Shown: positions 50,320 through 62,539 of the stretch, one piece after another
Layout: every line of letters begins with the position of its first letter
Numbering within the stretch: the stretch's first letter is position 1
Origin: a virus
Lineage: Duplodnaviria > Caudoviricetes
Length of the DNA stretch: 64,000 bases
Virus record (IMG/VR): IMGVR_UViG_3300009128_001408
Coordinates: 2,082-66,081 of that record
Direction: 5' to 3' (one strand)
The notes under the pieces: model-generated
Seen by the model: only the letters and a program-made list of their open reading frames with translations
What the model was told of the DNA's origin: nothing
The model's database searches: none
Translations under genes and position numbers: made by a program

Positions 50320-50820
50320 TTACTCCTGCTTTTTAATTACACGACGTAAAAGACTGCGAAGTTCATCATTTCTAGTCGAAGATGAAGTGCCCTTTGCGCT
50401 ATTAATAGTACGGGAAGACTGATCCTCTGTTAAAGGCTTTTTAGTCTGGGTGGGTGGATTGACACGAATGACATTGGCGACGACGCTGGGGCGAGCTGGA
50501 CGACGAGTAACTATCGCCTCAGCCATGACCTTGACTGACTGCTTGAAATTCGCAGTAAGCTGTAACGGTGTAAATATGCGATCGTCTATCACTACCTCGA
50601 GGCGTGTATTATAAAGGCCCTCGTTAAGGACACCCTTAAGTGACGGTACGATAACTGAGACCTCACCGCCCGGAATTGCAGTGCCCTGGAATACCAGGTC
50701 CATCTTGCTGGACTCCAATACCATCCTGCTCTTAACGCTTGCAGTGGCGTCAGTTCCCTCTGCGGTCACATTAAACCTGAGCTCATTCTCCTCATCAAGA
50801 TGTACTTCAAAATCTGCCAT
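50320..50820 (-). CDS. hypothetical protein with C-terminal LRSLLRRVIKK motif
   Basis: GAGG RBS; beta-rich N-terminal domain. Confidence 0.65.
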   Translation of the reverse strand: MADFEVHLDEENELRFNVTAEGTDATASVKSRMVLESSKMDLVFQGTAIPGGEVSVIVPSLKGVLNEGLYNTRLEVVIDDRIFTPLQLTANFKQSVKVMAEAIVTRRPARPSVVANVIRVNPPTQTKKPLTEDQSSRTINSAKGTSSSTRNDELRSLLRRVIKKQE

Positions 50821-50822
50821 AG

Positions 50823-51191
50823 CTAGTCCTCAATCTTTTTAAAGCCTCGGCGTACCACCCTAAAGGCATTTATAATTATGCGCTCGGTAAGGTAACCTAA
50901 TCTAGTAATTGCCTTAAATGATGCCTTAAGCCTAACATCTAGCTTCGTAATCTCAGCTGTCTGCTGCCCGCGCCTAGCATCAGGCTGCTCTGTTTCATTC
51001 ACCGCGACGAGCATGGCTGTCACAGTAAACTTTACCAGTTCCTCATGCGCGTGCTTTATCTTCCTCTTCGCCTTGGAACCACCTCGAGTAATAGCCTCGA
51101 CCACCGCAGGTATAAAAATACCCCCGTAGCCGCGTGTCACGATTCTCGGCTCTGACCCGTAGCCGCGTATCACAATCGGCGAAACCGCCAC
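50823..51191 (-). CDS. hypothetical protein
   Basis: IVxRGYG duplicated at the N-terminus. Confidence 0.6.
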   Translation of the reverse strand: MAVSPIVIRGYGSEPRIVTRGYGGIFIPAVVEAITRGGSKAKRKIKHAHEELVKFTVTAMLVAVNETEQPDARRGQQTAEITKLDVRLKASFKAITRLGYLTERIIINAFRVVRRGFKKIED

Positions 51192-51193
51192 AA

Positions 51194-51622
51194 TTAGTTC
51201 CTAAGTCGCGTAAATACTTCCGAGACTGACGGAGCGCCGCCGGAATCCTGGAGATCAAACTCTGCAACGACCGTGGTGTTATCCGACTTATAAAACGTCA
51301 TCTTATTTGTCGTGCCGTTGATTGTCCATCGACCTCCCTCGATATCCTTAATAAACTCAATATTCTCGGCAGTCGGGTTATACTGCTCTGCGGCATAGAC
51401 AGGTGAGGCGCCTCCGGTATCCCAGAGGATCGAACCGCTAAATTGGGTGTCGAATGTAACCTGTGCCGCAAATATACCAGTATTGGTGCCCACCTCATGA
51501 ACGCCCGTTGTTGACCTAGGTACATCTACAACACCCTCAGCATCCAACAGCGTAAACCCAACTGTAGCCACACCGGCCTGGGACTCTCCGAAGTTAACCT
51601 GTTTAAGAAGCTTTATACTCAC
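51194..51622 (-). CDS. beta-rich putative virion protein
   Basis: IKDIEGGRW.I....MTFYKSDN.TVVA.FDL pattern; follows large structural genes. Confidence 0.55.
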   Translation of the reverse strand: MSIKLLKQVNFGESQAGVATVGFTLLDAEGVVDVPRSTTGVHEVGTNTGIFAAQVTFDTQFSGSILWDTGGASPVYAAEQYNPTAENIEFIKDIEGGRWTINGTTNKMTFYKSDNTTVVAEFDLQDSGGAPSVSEVFTRLRN

Positions 51623-52143
51623 CCTTCATCCTCCCCATCAGCTTCGGTCGTGGCTGACGCAAACTGACGCTGACGCTTAATAGACTCCGGGTGATCGCCA
51701 ATACTCCTAGGACGGCCATCTGGCGGAGGCTGGGATGCTATACGTCGAAACGCCTCTATCCTAGAGTGCGCCTCCTTGGCATCGGCCTCGATCTTGTCGA
51801 CTATCTGACGTGATGTGCTGACGAGCGTAGAGTCAGCAATTACACTATCAGACGACCAGACCTCATACTTCTTAAGAGTGACATCAATCGATGAAAATGC
51901 GTCCAACATAACACCGGCCAGGGGCGCGACCCCCTCGGTGGTGTAGCCGGCCTTGGTGGCACCTGTCGTGATATCCCTAATCTCCTGAACAAGGCCTGCA
52001 ATTATTCCCTTGAACTCCTTCTTAAGATCAAGGGTTGATAAGACAGGAACAGTGCTGGATGTTATCTGTTCAGCCAGCTGTCGCTGGACCTCTAGCTGTC
52101 CTAGAAGTTTTACTATTGCCTCTGACTTAGTGCTGTCACTCAT
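51619..52143 (-). CDS. hypothetical helical protein
   Basis: GGAG RBS. Confidence 0.6.
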   Translation of the reverse strand: MSDSTKSEAIVKLLGQLEVQRQLAEQITSSTVPVLSTLDLKKEFKGIIAGLVQEIRDITTGATKAGYTTEGVAPLAGVMLDAFSSIDVTLKKYEVWSSDSVIADSTLVSTSRQIVDKIEADAKEAHSRIEAFRRIASQPPPDGRPRSIGDHPESIKRQRQFASATTEADGEDEG

Positions 52144-52195
52144 GTAATGGACTCCAAACCTACCCTAATATAATATAGGCAACTCAGCGACAAAT

Positions 52196-52236
52196 AAAAT
52201 GGCGGGTGGGAACAAGTCCCACCCGCCAAGTTTTTA
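52196..52236 (-). terminator. rho-independent terminator, possibly bidirectional
   Basis: GGCGGGTGGGA-acaag-TCCCACCCGCC 11-bp stem with T-tracts on both strands, just after the 981-aa gene. Confidence 0.85.
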
Positions 52237-52264
52237 GGTTAAATCCAGTAAAACGCTAGGCGTA

Positions 52265-55210
52265 CTACTTGGCAAGAACCGAGACAACGTCGTCAACCTC
52301 GATGTTGAACTGGAACTGCGCATTCGTGCTAGCTCCATACGAGACCAACGTGTAGTCATTATTACCTGCAGCTCCGGACAGCATCAGCTGACCGTTGACG
52401 TAGACCTGAACACGAGTGTCAGCACTCGATGATGGGACGTCAGAGAGGTCAGCACCCAGGGTGGTGGTAGAACCAGCCACGACCTGCGAACTTATGACGT
52501 TGTCGTCACGTGTCGCACTACCGCCGGCTCCAGCCGAAAGCGCGCTTAGAAGCGTCGCCTCTGCGCCGAACTCAACGATAAATTCGTCGTAGTCAGACGA
52601 GCCGGATGCGAACAGGATACCCTGTGACCAGCTGTATGACTCTGCCTTGACATCAAAACCGTTATCGCCCAGGAAGAGGCCGCCCTCCATGCTGTTACCA
52701 ACAGATCCGGTGACGTCATCGGCTTTAACAACAAGGTATGAAGCCTTACCTGTACCCTCAGCGCTCTCCTGTAGAATGTGAGAGCCTGTCAGGCTGCCGT
52801 AGTATCCCTTCGCGGAGAAGATTTGAAATGCCTTCTCAGCACCGTTTTGAATACCGAAGCTGATGCTGCCGTCATCTGCTCCCTGCAACTCAAGACCGCT
52901 CTCGTTAACATAACAAATGTCCGTGCCGTCAACCTGAAACAATAGACCGCTTGATCCGGCTGGAAGCTTCATTGTATTATTCTGCTTCGACATGTCGATA
53001 TCCAACTGACTGCCACCGTCATCGGAAACAAACTTGAGGTCACCGTTGGAGGTGCTGAGTATCAGCGAGTTAGAGTCGAACACGACCTTCCTGTTGCCGT
53101 TACCGTCCTGCAGTGCGCCATAGGCACTGTCACTTCCATCACCTTCAAATTTCAAGAAGTCAACACTAGTGCCTCGGAAAACGTGCTCATTGCTACCAGC
53201 GTCGAGCGACACGTACCCGGAACCGTCGGCGGCAAGGTTAAGGTTACCGTTTGCGACCGTGAGCTGTCCGTTGTTACTGCCGTCTTCCTTGATCTGGAAT
53301 GCATCGCCGTTGAAACTAGCGGACATATTGGAAGGTATTGCCAGCGGACCAGCAAGCGTAAGCTTCTTCTGTCCGTCGCCCGACATTGTCATCACAACAT
53401 CGCCATTGCTGTCCTTGATGTCATTACCTGCGACCTGAAGGTCACCGGATGCCTTAACAAGATCCTCAGTTAGAATTAACTCACCGGCTGTCTCTGAGTC
53501 GATGGTTGCACCATTGGATAGAGTGACTTTGCCACCCTTGACCTCAAGGTCGGCCTCGAGCGAGACATTACTGTTAGCACCATTAACCGTGACAGCGACG
53601 GAGCCGCCGTCGTCGCGGAGAGTAAGGTCACCACCGTCAGAGAATGCGACTCGTGTATCGCCATTGGAGTCCTCAATGACACCACCGTCGATGCGGAGCT
53701 TGTCGTTAACCGTGACGCGGACGGCGTCATTGGAGATACTAAGTGCTGCTGTGCCGTCGCCTGACTGAATTGCACCAGTAGCGCTGCCAGAGCCAACCTG
53801 GACGTTTGCAAGGTGGAGATCCTTCCAACTTGAGAATGCCACAGTGGCATCATCTGGGTTGTTGTTCGTGGCACCTAAGACGAACGCTGAAGCGCTGTTG
53901 TCATAGACGAATGCCATGTTACCGCCATCACGACCGAGAATGAAACCAACGTCGCGATTAGGACCGGTCTGGGAGCCGGAGTAGTTAAGGCCGAGGACTG
54001 CATCAGCGAACTCAGTGTTCGATGAGGAGACCGTGGTAGTTGTTCCAAGGACCTGTAGATCACCGCGGAGTGTCGTAAGACCAGAGACGTCGAGGCCGTC
54101 TGTCAGTACGATCTCGCCACCCACATTGAGGTCACCAGCGACTCCAACACCGCCGTCCACGACGAGGGCACCTGTGGAGGTGCTTGTCGAAGCCGTGGTG
54201 TCGTCAATGTTGACGATGACACCGCTGGAGACGTCCAGAGAGTTCGCGTCAAGGCTAACCTTGACCGCGGAGGCGACCTGTAGATCGATTCCACCGGAAC
54301 CGTGCGCAGCATTGAATGCAATCGCGTCGGCAGACGCCTTTGAGGAGCCGAATTCAATCTTCTCGGCTGTACTAATTTTAACGTCACCAGTGGCTGAGGC
54401 CATCTCGATGCCGCCGGAGCCTGTCAGGAGCAGTCGTGCAGACGGTGAATCAACTGTAAGATCTCCAGCCCCCGCCATGACGGTGACTAAGCTACCAGAC
54501 AGGATAGCACTAGATGCTGCATGAACAGTCAAGTTGCCGGCGCTGGTGCTAAAGTTTGAAGCAGCTCCAGCATCCAATGAAAGACCTGAACCTGCATCAA
54601 TTGTACCGGCGCCAGTAATATCAACATCCAAAATACCAGCATCAATCTGGACTTCGGAAGCGGCATTGGCATTAGCGTCAATGTGAAAGGCCACACCAGC
54701 AGTATGAGCAGATACTAGTGATATTTCTCCAGCAGCACCTGTTGTAGCTATATTGATCGCACCAGCAACATCGGCATCCAAGCCGCCAGCAGTCGCGTTA
54801 ATATCGATTGCATCGGCTCCGGTACCAGCTGAACTTACGATAACTTTATTTGTGGATCCACCAGCGGCTGCAAGAGTAACAGAGCTTGCAGCTTCAGCAG
54901 TAGAGAGGTTAGCATTACCAGTAGTAGCATCAATAGAAACGCCGGTTCCGCCGTCGATGGTAACTGCCTGATTGGTGTCGAGATTGAAGTCGGCACCTGT
55001 GTAATTAAAGACGCCTTCAGCCTGATTTGTGAAGTCGCTTGTTTTACCTTGAATACGACCGATTGCACCTGCAAACTGACCAAGAACGCCGCCTAGATCG
55101 AGAGCCACCTGGGAGGCAGCTGATCCAACAGCAGACTGAGAGCCTGAATATGCTAGGTCTACGAGTGATCCAGTTAACTGCTGGAGCCTCATTTGTGTTT
55201 TATTAGCCAT
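52265..55210 (-). CDS. large Gly/Ser/Asp-rich virion fibre-like protein
   Basis: AGGAG RBS; GALVVDGGVGV.GDL.VGG fibre motif; C-terminal VYVNGQL...DY domain; strong terminator. Confidence 0.7.
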   Translation of the reverse strand: MANKTQMRLQQLTGSLVDLAYSGSQSAVGSAASQVALDLGGVLGQFAGAIGRIQGKTSDFTNQAEGVFNYTGADFNLDTNQAVTIDGGTGVSIDATTGNANLSTAEAASSVTLAAAGGSTNKVIVSSAGTGADAIDINATAGGLDADVAGAINIATTGAAGEISLVSAHTAGVAFHIDANANAASEVQIDAGILDVDITGAGTIDAGSGLSLDAGAASNFSTSAGNLTVHAASSAILSGSLVTVMAGAGDLTVDSPSARLLLTGSGGIEMASATGDVKISTAEKIEFGSSKASADAIAFNAAHGSGGIDLQVASAVKVSLDANSLDVSSGVIVNIDDTTASTSTSTGALVVDGGVGVAGDLNVGGEIVLTDGLDVSGLTTLRGDLQVLGTTTTVSSSNTEFADAVLGLNYSGSQTGPNRDVGFILGRDGGNMAFVYDNSASAFVLGATNNNPDDATVAFSSWKDLHLANVQVGSGSATGAIQSGDGTAALSISNDAVRVTVNDKLRIDGGVIEDSNGDTRVAFSDGGDLTLRDDGGSVAVTVNGANSNVSLEADLEVKGGKVTLSNGATIDSETAGELILTEDLVKASGDLQVAGNDIKDSNGDVVMTMSGDGQKKLTLAGPLAIPSNMSASFNGDAFQIKEDGSNNGQLTVANGNLNLAADGSGYVSLDAGSNEHVFRGTSVDFLKFEGDGSDSAYGALQDGNGNRKVVFDSNSLILSTSNGDLKFVSDDGGSQLDIDMSKQNNTMKLPAGSSGLLFQVDGTDICYVNESGLELQGADDGSISFGIQNGAEKAFQIFSAKGYYGSLTGSHILQESAEGTGKASYLVVKADDVTGSVGNSMEGGLFLGDNGFDVKAESYSWSQGILFASGSSDYDEFIVEFGAEATLLSALSAGAGGSATRDDNVISSQVVAGSTTTLGADLSDVPSSSADTRVQVYVNGQLMLSGAAGNNDYTLVSYGASTNAQFQFNIEVDDVVSVLAK

Positions 55211-55346
55211 TTTTTATTTCTCCTATATTGAATTGTTAATGGCAAACTATGTACTAAATACTACAATACGCACTGTCGTACGACAACCGCAACAGAAGAC
55301 TTGACTTGACTTTTAACGGGGGGACTTTTGACGTCGGGCTACGCCC

Positions 55347-55568
55347 TCAAATAGTATATATGCGCTTCTTTAGAATCTTCACAAAATTATCGAAAATTGG
55401 AAATTCTGATGTCAGAAACTGAACCTGCATTGTGGATGCCGTCTGTGTTGGATCATCAAAGACGAAACTAAACCTACCGGATGGCAGTTTTTTAGCAGAG
55501 ATAAGCCTGAAACCTCTCATGCATAAAAATGCTGCAAATGCCAGGTCTGCCGTCTCGAATGTATTCAC
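55347..55568 (-). CDS. DUF5659-like small phage protein
   Basis: FETADL.FAAFL...GF.L.......RF.FVF. Confidence 0.65.
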   Translation of the reverse strand: MNTFETADLAFAAFLCMRGFRLISAKKLPSGRFSFVFDDPTQTASTMQVQFLTSEFPIFDNFVKILKKRIYTI

Positions 55569-55624
55569 AATTACGTCTCCTCAGATGTCCGAAATTAAAT
55601 ATGGAGAAGATGGTAATCTGTCAG

Positions 55625-57712
55625 CTAATGCTGATAAGTTGCGAGTAAAATATCACCTGTCATCGGGATCGCTGAGGATACAAAAGTTATTGTAGCGGTC
55701 GCCAGAGTATAGTCGGTTCCCTGCGTAATTAATTGACCATTTATAAATAGGAGTAGACTGGTGGACGGTGAGGGAGTACTGGAAAGTGTGAAAGTGTCGT
55801 TAATTCCGTTAACAAGACCTGAAGGTGTCTCATTCAATGCCAGCGAGGTCGCGCCGGTCGCCGCACCGTTATTTATTATAATAGACGTGACCGTATCATC
55901 AGTATCCAGACCAAAACCAAACGCCAGGCTTCCAGACGCCACGACCGAGTAGTCGACTGTGCCTGCCGACGCCTGGGGGGCAGTGCCTGACACAAGAAGC
56001 TGGCCATTCAGAAAGACATCGATCAGGTTAGGATTATAGGCGGCATTGCTGTAGTCGACCCCAGCCATCACCAGGGATGAGTTAGCTGGATGCGACTGGG
56101 TCACCTCATAATTTGCCTTTGCCCTGGCGAGCGTGTCGAAGTCGGTAGTCAGCGTGATCGTGGTCGTATTAGACGATATATTCAAACCAGCGCCGACTGA
56201 CACACCCTTGAAGTCCAGGATGGTGCCTGTCTTCTGGGCAAATACGCCCTCGCCAACGCCAAGGTTACTGGCGTTCGTAATATCGCCACCACCTCCACCA
56301 CCTGTGGATGCGATGGTCACAGCCCCATTGGATGCTGATGTAATGGTGACATTAGAGCCGGCTATCATATATGATGTACCGTCAACCAGTTGTGTCAGTG
56401 AGCCGCTTAGGCCGAGGGCTGCGCTAAAATAGCCGCTTCCACTAATATTTCCGTAGACAGTTAAAGCCTCTGTGGGGGTGGAAGTATTAATTCCTAGGCG
56501 ACCTGAGCCTGTTGCAAATAGGATGCTAGAGTTGTCCTCATGATCGACCCTGAACAGGCCGTAATCTCCCACCAAAGAACTTGAGAGGTGTAGCGATCCT
56601 GTAAACTGGTGAAAATCAGATGAGGTACTTCCAAATATAGTGCTACTCAGCGCGTGGAGGGAACCTGTTACGCCCAAGGAGCCTGTCGTGTCTATCTGGC
56701 CCGAAGAGCGACCTATCCATCCAACGCCGGTACCACTCCCCCCTCCACCAGTTGAGGAAATGGTAATCGCGCCATTCGATGATGATGCTATAGTAACGTT
56801 GGATCCAGCTACAAGGTATGAAGTACCATCCGTCAGCCTTGTCAATGATCCGCTTAGGCCAGAATTAAAACTAACCGCACCTGTAAATGTTGATCCTGAA
56901 ATTGTGGCTACAACAGAATCCTCAATGGAGAGTGTAGCATTGCCCGCAGGTCCTCCATCTGTCAGACTCAGCCCGGTGCCGCCGGTTAAAATGCGCTCAG
57001 CATTGAGTGAGCCAGTAGCAGACATGACAACATACGTAGCGTCAGCATCACCTGGACCGGATCCGCCGCCGCCAAGAGAAGCACTAAGCATATTGCCAGT
57101 GTATATAAATGCCTTTGCAAATGCAGGTATCTGACCACTGTCATAGTCCTGAACGAACAAGACACCATTATAATAGTCAACTAACCAGTCTATTTCATCA
57201 GTCAGCGATATTTCATTACCAACGCCTCCTGAGCCGTCATCCTCATATAGTTTTACCAGGTATGGATTGGGTGAATTGCCTGAAAAAGCGGGACCTATAA
57301 GCTGCAAGGAGCCAGAAGTCTCATAGAGCACCTGGCCGTCTGTGTATGGAAATGTACCGGCCTTGGAATTGTCCGTGTCCGCCTGGTAGGTGGATGCCAT
57401 CTGCAAAGAGTAGGCATGAGGACCGGGACTCTGGGCTCCATCACCGCCGCCGCCAGTGTCATTAGCGTCATATGTGGTACCTGGAAGTACTGATGCTGTT
57501 AATAAAACATACTCAGCTGTGGCATCCTGGACAGTGTTAAGGGTTCGCGTGACGGCCCTAGGCACATCCTGACCAAATATAGTCTGGGCTGACAACTGGC
57601 TCGTAGAGGGTATCGTCTCCTCGTTCTCTGTAAAGATATTCGAGGTATTGGCGAAACCCATCGCCTTCTTATAAAGGAACTGTAATTGTGTTCTATCTGT
57701 CTTACCTGCCAT
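55625..57712 (-). CDS. Gly/Ser/Thr-rich virion fibre/baseplate-like protein
   Basis: Repeated GLSGSLT...GGGG modules; C-terminal ETPSG..NG.N..FTL...FINGQL..GTDYT domain. Confidence 0.7.
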   Translation of the reverse strand: MAGKTDRTQLQFLYKKAMGFANTSNIFTENEETIPSTSQLSAQTIFGQDVPRAVTRTLNTVQDATAEYVLLTASVLPGTTYDANDTGGGGDGAQSPGPHAYSLQMASTYQADTDNSKAGTFPYTDGQVLYETSGSLQLIGPAFSGNSPNPYLVKLYEDDGSGGVGNEISLTDEIDWLVDYYNGVLFVQDYDSGQIPAFAKAFIYTGNMLSASLGGGGSGPGDADATYVVMSATGSLNAERILTGGTGLSLTDGGPAGNATLSIEDSVVATISGSTFTGAVSFNSGLSGSLTRLTDGTSYLVAGSNVTIASSSNGAITISSTGGGGSGTGVGWIGRSSGQIDTTGSLGVTGSLHALSSTIFGSTSSDFHQFTGSLHLSSSLVGDYGLFRVDHEDNSSILFATGSGRLGINTSTPTEALTVYGNISGSGYFSAALGLSGSLTQLVDGTSYMIAGSNVTITSASNGAVTIASTGGGGGGDITNASNLGVGEGVFAQKTGTILDFKGVSVGAGLNISSNTTTITLTTDFDTLARAKANYEVTQSHPANSSLVMAGVDYSNAAYNPNLIDVFLNGQLLVSGTAPQASAGTVDYSVVASGSLAFGFGLDTDDTVTSIIINNGAATGATSLALNETPSGLVNGINDTFTLSSTPSPSTSLLLFINGQLITQGTDYTLATATITFVSSAIPMTGDILLATYQH

Positions 57713-60700
57713 CTAGATCACCTAATACCCGATCAGAATACGCGTAAGGTATCCTGTCCAGTCCTCATGGGCACTAATTCGTATCACCATCTGCTCGGCA
57801 CCAGAAATTGTCCCAGCCAGCGCTGTACCATTAAATGACAGTGCGTTAGCAGTTCCGCCTGTAATCACAGTGGCACTCAATGATCCAACGAGACCTCCGT
57901 CTCCATCAGATATATTTCCTGATCCAGCAGTGGGACGACCCATATCCAAAAATCCCGTATCGCCTGGTATCTTAACGTCCACATAGATATTCTTATTAGC
58001 GCCCAGCGTTCCAGCATTTATTCCAGCTCTGCCAACTATAGTGGCATCCCCATACAGCGTCACTGTAATGCTGCCTACATCATTAGTAGTGTTATTTTCA
58101 AACTTCCTATAAAAGTCCCTCACGCTCACGCTAAGCGTGCTGTAATTAACATTTCCATTGGGACTCTGCAGTGAACCTCCCTCATCCAAGTTCCTAAAGT
58201 CGCCTGATGCACCGCCCTGGTCAGGTGGAATTAAATAACCGTTATATGACAGCAGGCCGGTTGCATAAGTCGGCGCGCCGCCGTCATTCATAGACTGCTG
58301 CGAATTCCAAGGTCCGGAACTAATCGCAGCCTGGTTCAAGTATGTCCCAGATTGAATCCTATAATCCTCCCGAGTAAAGTACTCGTTAGTGTAGAGGTTA
58401 GATGTCAGCGATGCTGAATGGACAAGGAAGTTATTCTTTGTCTTCTGGGCCGATGTCTCATCGGCCTTGAGAGGGTGATCTACTGTAATGCGTGATGATG
58501 CCGTATAATTGGTCGTTCCATATGTGCCGGGTACTGCAGATGACCGTGTGAATGTCACCGACGCCGTCACAAAAATATCCTCATTCTGCGAGCCGGCGGC
58601 AGATAGTAGGTCAGGCAAACCACGACTCGAGGCGGATACAGATCCACCAGACACTCCATCACCATTCACCTCGATAGCATTAACAGTAAGATTACTAACC
58701 GTCGTGGAAATAGCAGATGATGATCGTGAGAAGACATTCTTGTAAACATTCGCCACCTGGGCAATGTAACTGGAGGAGCACTGCTGGAAGTACTTGACAC
58801 CTGACTGGTAATAGAATGTGGATCCCGAAAAGTTATTGAGTATCTCGTTACTAGCACCAAGGGCGTTGGTGTTAGAGTCATTGACCCACTCGACGTAGTT
58901 GGTGGTAGTAGTACCTCCCGGGGCTGCATGTTGAACCCTTACATAGTTCCAGCCCTCGCGCTGGTCAGTGGTAGCCACAGTAAACCTTCCGGTCCTGTAT
59001 ATTAATGTGTAGTCAGGCACATTATTGCCGCTGTACTCGCCAGCTGTCGGAACACTAATATTTGTGAAACCTGAGCCGTTGGCGTTGAGATCAGATGCGC
59101 CGCCAGAGCCTGGTACCCCTGATCCGAAGCTGGCTGTCAACAACGTCGTGTGGACCACAGCTCCGTTAACCTCCAAGTTTAGGGTTCCATTTAGCGCATC
59201 GCCAAATGCATCCGCGCTATAACTCGGCATGTTTGAAGAGACGTCCTCATTTAGGTCTCCGCCAATTGCAACAGTGCCTGAATCGCCTCCGAATGCCGCT
59301 CTTCTTAAATTATTACCTGATATCGTCGATATATAATCATCATTAATATCCTCGGCACTTCCAATGCCTGCACCTCCACCGACGTCAGTATAGCCTGCTA
59401 TTCCCTTTGATGATCCAAACGATAGCTTGCATCCTGTTCCTGTATTATTGCAATCGGTATCATCCAGGTCAGGAGCTGTCACTGGAGCCCCACCGGTGCC
59501 TGCTCCAAATGTTGCTGATATCTGACTGGCATTTCCAGTCCAAGCGCTATTTGCCTCAAGTTTAAGCATAATTGACTCATTATTAGCAAGCGACTGTGAG
59601 CCGAAGGTGACAATATTAGTGGCATTTAGTGAACTGTCAAGGGATCCAACAAGACAGCCATCACCGTTGTCATACTGTTCCAATGCAAAGTTCTGTGACA
59701 TGTCTAGCCAGCCAGTCTCATCAGTGCCATTGGACGGAAACTTGACCAGAACGCTCAGGCCAGCTGTTCCTAACGAGCCGCCTTGTTGAGTTATTGTCCC
59801 GGAACCGTCAATGGTGAATGACATATCACGAACTGTGCCACCAGTCTCGTTCTTAAATGATCGATAGAATGTCCGAAGCCCAGCAAGTGAGCTGTAATTT
59901 GGATTAGAATCAGGTGCAAAAGCAACGCTGCCGCCTTCTGCTGCGTTCCTAAAGTCGCCTGCCAGAGAATTGTCAAGTGGAGACTTAAGGCTTTGATAAA
60001 AGAATATTAATCCATCTGCCTGATCTGCGGCGCCGGACAGGTGTAATGTAGAATCCCATACAGCTCCTGCGGCAGCCATTGATGCCTGGGTATTGTATGA
60101 TCCAGATGTCAGTCTAAAGTTCTCGCGCTTGAATGTCTCAAGCTGTGTGGTTGAATTATTGGAGGCCGTATAGAGCAGAATTCCACCTGTATCTACCTGT
60201 CCACCGGCAGTCAGGTTAGACTTAAGTGGATGAGGAACATTAACAGAGGATGTTAGGCCCTGGTTAAATAGTTCGGTGGCAGTGATTGTTGCAGAACCGG
60301 TAAGCTTAAGGACTTTAGTATAATCCTCACCTGCGCCGGTATTAATTGCCTCAATAGGTACCTGAGGTATTGTACAGTTTGTTGTCGTGTATGATGCACT
60401 AGCATTATACTGATAAACTGTCTTATAGGCATTGGAGACGTCTACCTTATAATTTGCGGTGCCTGATACATAATATTCAACCCCTGAATTGAACAGGCCC
60501 TCGCCGAGATCAAAGTTTTCCCAGCGCTGATTTGTAGCTGCAAGAGCATTGGAATTGTTATCATTTACCCACTCAACGTAGTTTGTAGTGACAGTATTTC
60601 CTGTCATAACATGCAGAACCTGCACATAATTCCACCCATTGCGCTGGTCAACTGTGTCCACTACATATCGACCTGTACGATGCTGGAATGCTACCAGGCT

Positions 60701-62539
60701 ATTTCCATTCTCGAATATTGCTGAACCTGTCTGGGACAGACTTATGAAGCCGGAGCCATTGGCATTGACATATCGGCCGGTGCCTAAGCCTGGAACTCCG
60801 TCGCCAATCGCACCGACTGTCAGGTCTATCTCCTTTATATTAGAGCCATTGACCATCAGCCTAAGGACACCTATCTCAGCATTGCCGAATGATGATGTGG
60901 TGTAGTTAGTGGTCCCATTGCTGTAATTACTTGGCGCAACATCAGCATTTAGGACGCCTGTCAGCTCTGTATCCAATGCGAATACCGATGCCCTGATGTT
61001 ATTGCTAGCAGTCACGACCGTGTAGAGACCGTTCACGTCGACCGCCACACCGAGGCCAGCGCCGGAGCCCACTGATGTGTATCCGCCAACAGGTGATGCG
61101 GCGCCAAACGACAGTGATGCAGATAGGCCAGTGTCCAGGAAGTTTATATCGTCCAGGTCTGGGGCGGGAGTGGGAGATAGAGCCTTTAGTACCTCATTAA
61201 TCTTGTCGACTGCGGTTCCGATAGGTGTTGTGTAAATAAAGTCGGTGAAGAGACCGTCGGTGTATGTGCCATCTTCGGCAGCTCCAATAACTGGTTGGAT
61301 TGTCACCTGACCTCCACCATCATCAGTCACCACCGATCCTGTAAAGACCATGGTATCAACGCTGGCAGTGCTAGATCCACCTGCCTGCTCGACTGTAACA
61401 GTGCCACCTCCGCCACCACCTGTGGACGCAATTGTCACCTGGCCATTAGATGCTGAAGTGATGGTTATATTACTTCCAGCTACTAAGTAAGAGGTGTCAT
61501 TAGTAAGGCGTGTTAATGATCCAGAAAGCCCGCTCAGTGCAGAGATAGCGCCCGAAACGACAGTGTCGCCTCCAAAAAGAGCAGATCCACGGACTGCAGT
61601 TCCTTTGGATGCTAATGCGCCCGATACAAAGAAGTTAATGTCAGCACCCAGGTCGGTTCGATACTCACCGACCTGGAGGGGTGATCCACCGTGTAGGGCA
61701 CCAGAAATGACGACGTCACCGCCAAAGAGCGCTGCTCCCTTAATCGCGGTGTCCCTTGATCCTATCGCACCAGAGACAAAGAATGCCGTGTCAGTATAGG
61801 TAGTCTCGTTAGGACTAGTAGCTGCACCTCCTGAAAGTATTAGGACTTGGTCAGTAGACGCATCCGTAAAAATAGCGTGGGTTTTATTGGCGGTCTCCAC
61901 CCTAAAGTCCATTGTGGATGTGGCATCATCATTTACTACAATTCCTAATCCCGCACCCACATCAGTACCATGGGCGACCATTGCCTCAACATTACTAGAA
62001 CCAACATACATCTTGACAGAATTGTCTGCCTTGAGATCAACGTAGTTATCGCCGTCTATAATAAGCTGATTTAGGCCATCCACGACCTGTGCAACGGCAT
62101 ACTGGCTGGAATTTCCAAGGTAGAGGGCACCGGACAGCTGAACGTCTCCGCCAAAAACTGACATGCCAGTTCCGGCTGACTTTCCTCCATCTGTTCCTGA
62201 TACAAAGAAAGTGACGTCAGTACCTGAGGCTTCGTCTGGGCTAATAGGGGCCCCTCCAGAAAGAATCAATACCTGGCCGCTTTGGAAATCAATCTTATTT
62301 GATGTCTCTCCTATTAATTTAATAGACTGTCCGAGGTGAAGCGAGCCGGTAATTCCCACCGATCCAGTAGTATCTATCTGTCCCGATGAGCGTCCTATCC
62401 AGCCTACGTCAGAGCCTCCACCTCCGCCTGTGGATGTAATTGTCACCTGACCATTGGATGCAGAGGTGATTGTTACATTCGAGCCCGCAATCAGGTAAGA
62501 CGTGCCATCGACCAACCGTGTTAAAGAGCCGCTCAGGCC
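56284..62539 (-). repeat. four dispersed copies of the GLSGSLTRLxDGTSYLxAGSNVTIxSxSNGxxTIxSTGGGG coding module
   Basis: Copies at about 56284-56413, 56678-56860, 61403-61531 and 62361-62539; two continue into GWIGRSSGQIDTTGS. Confidence 0.85.
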
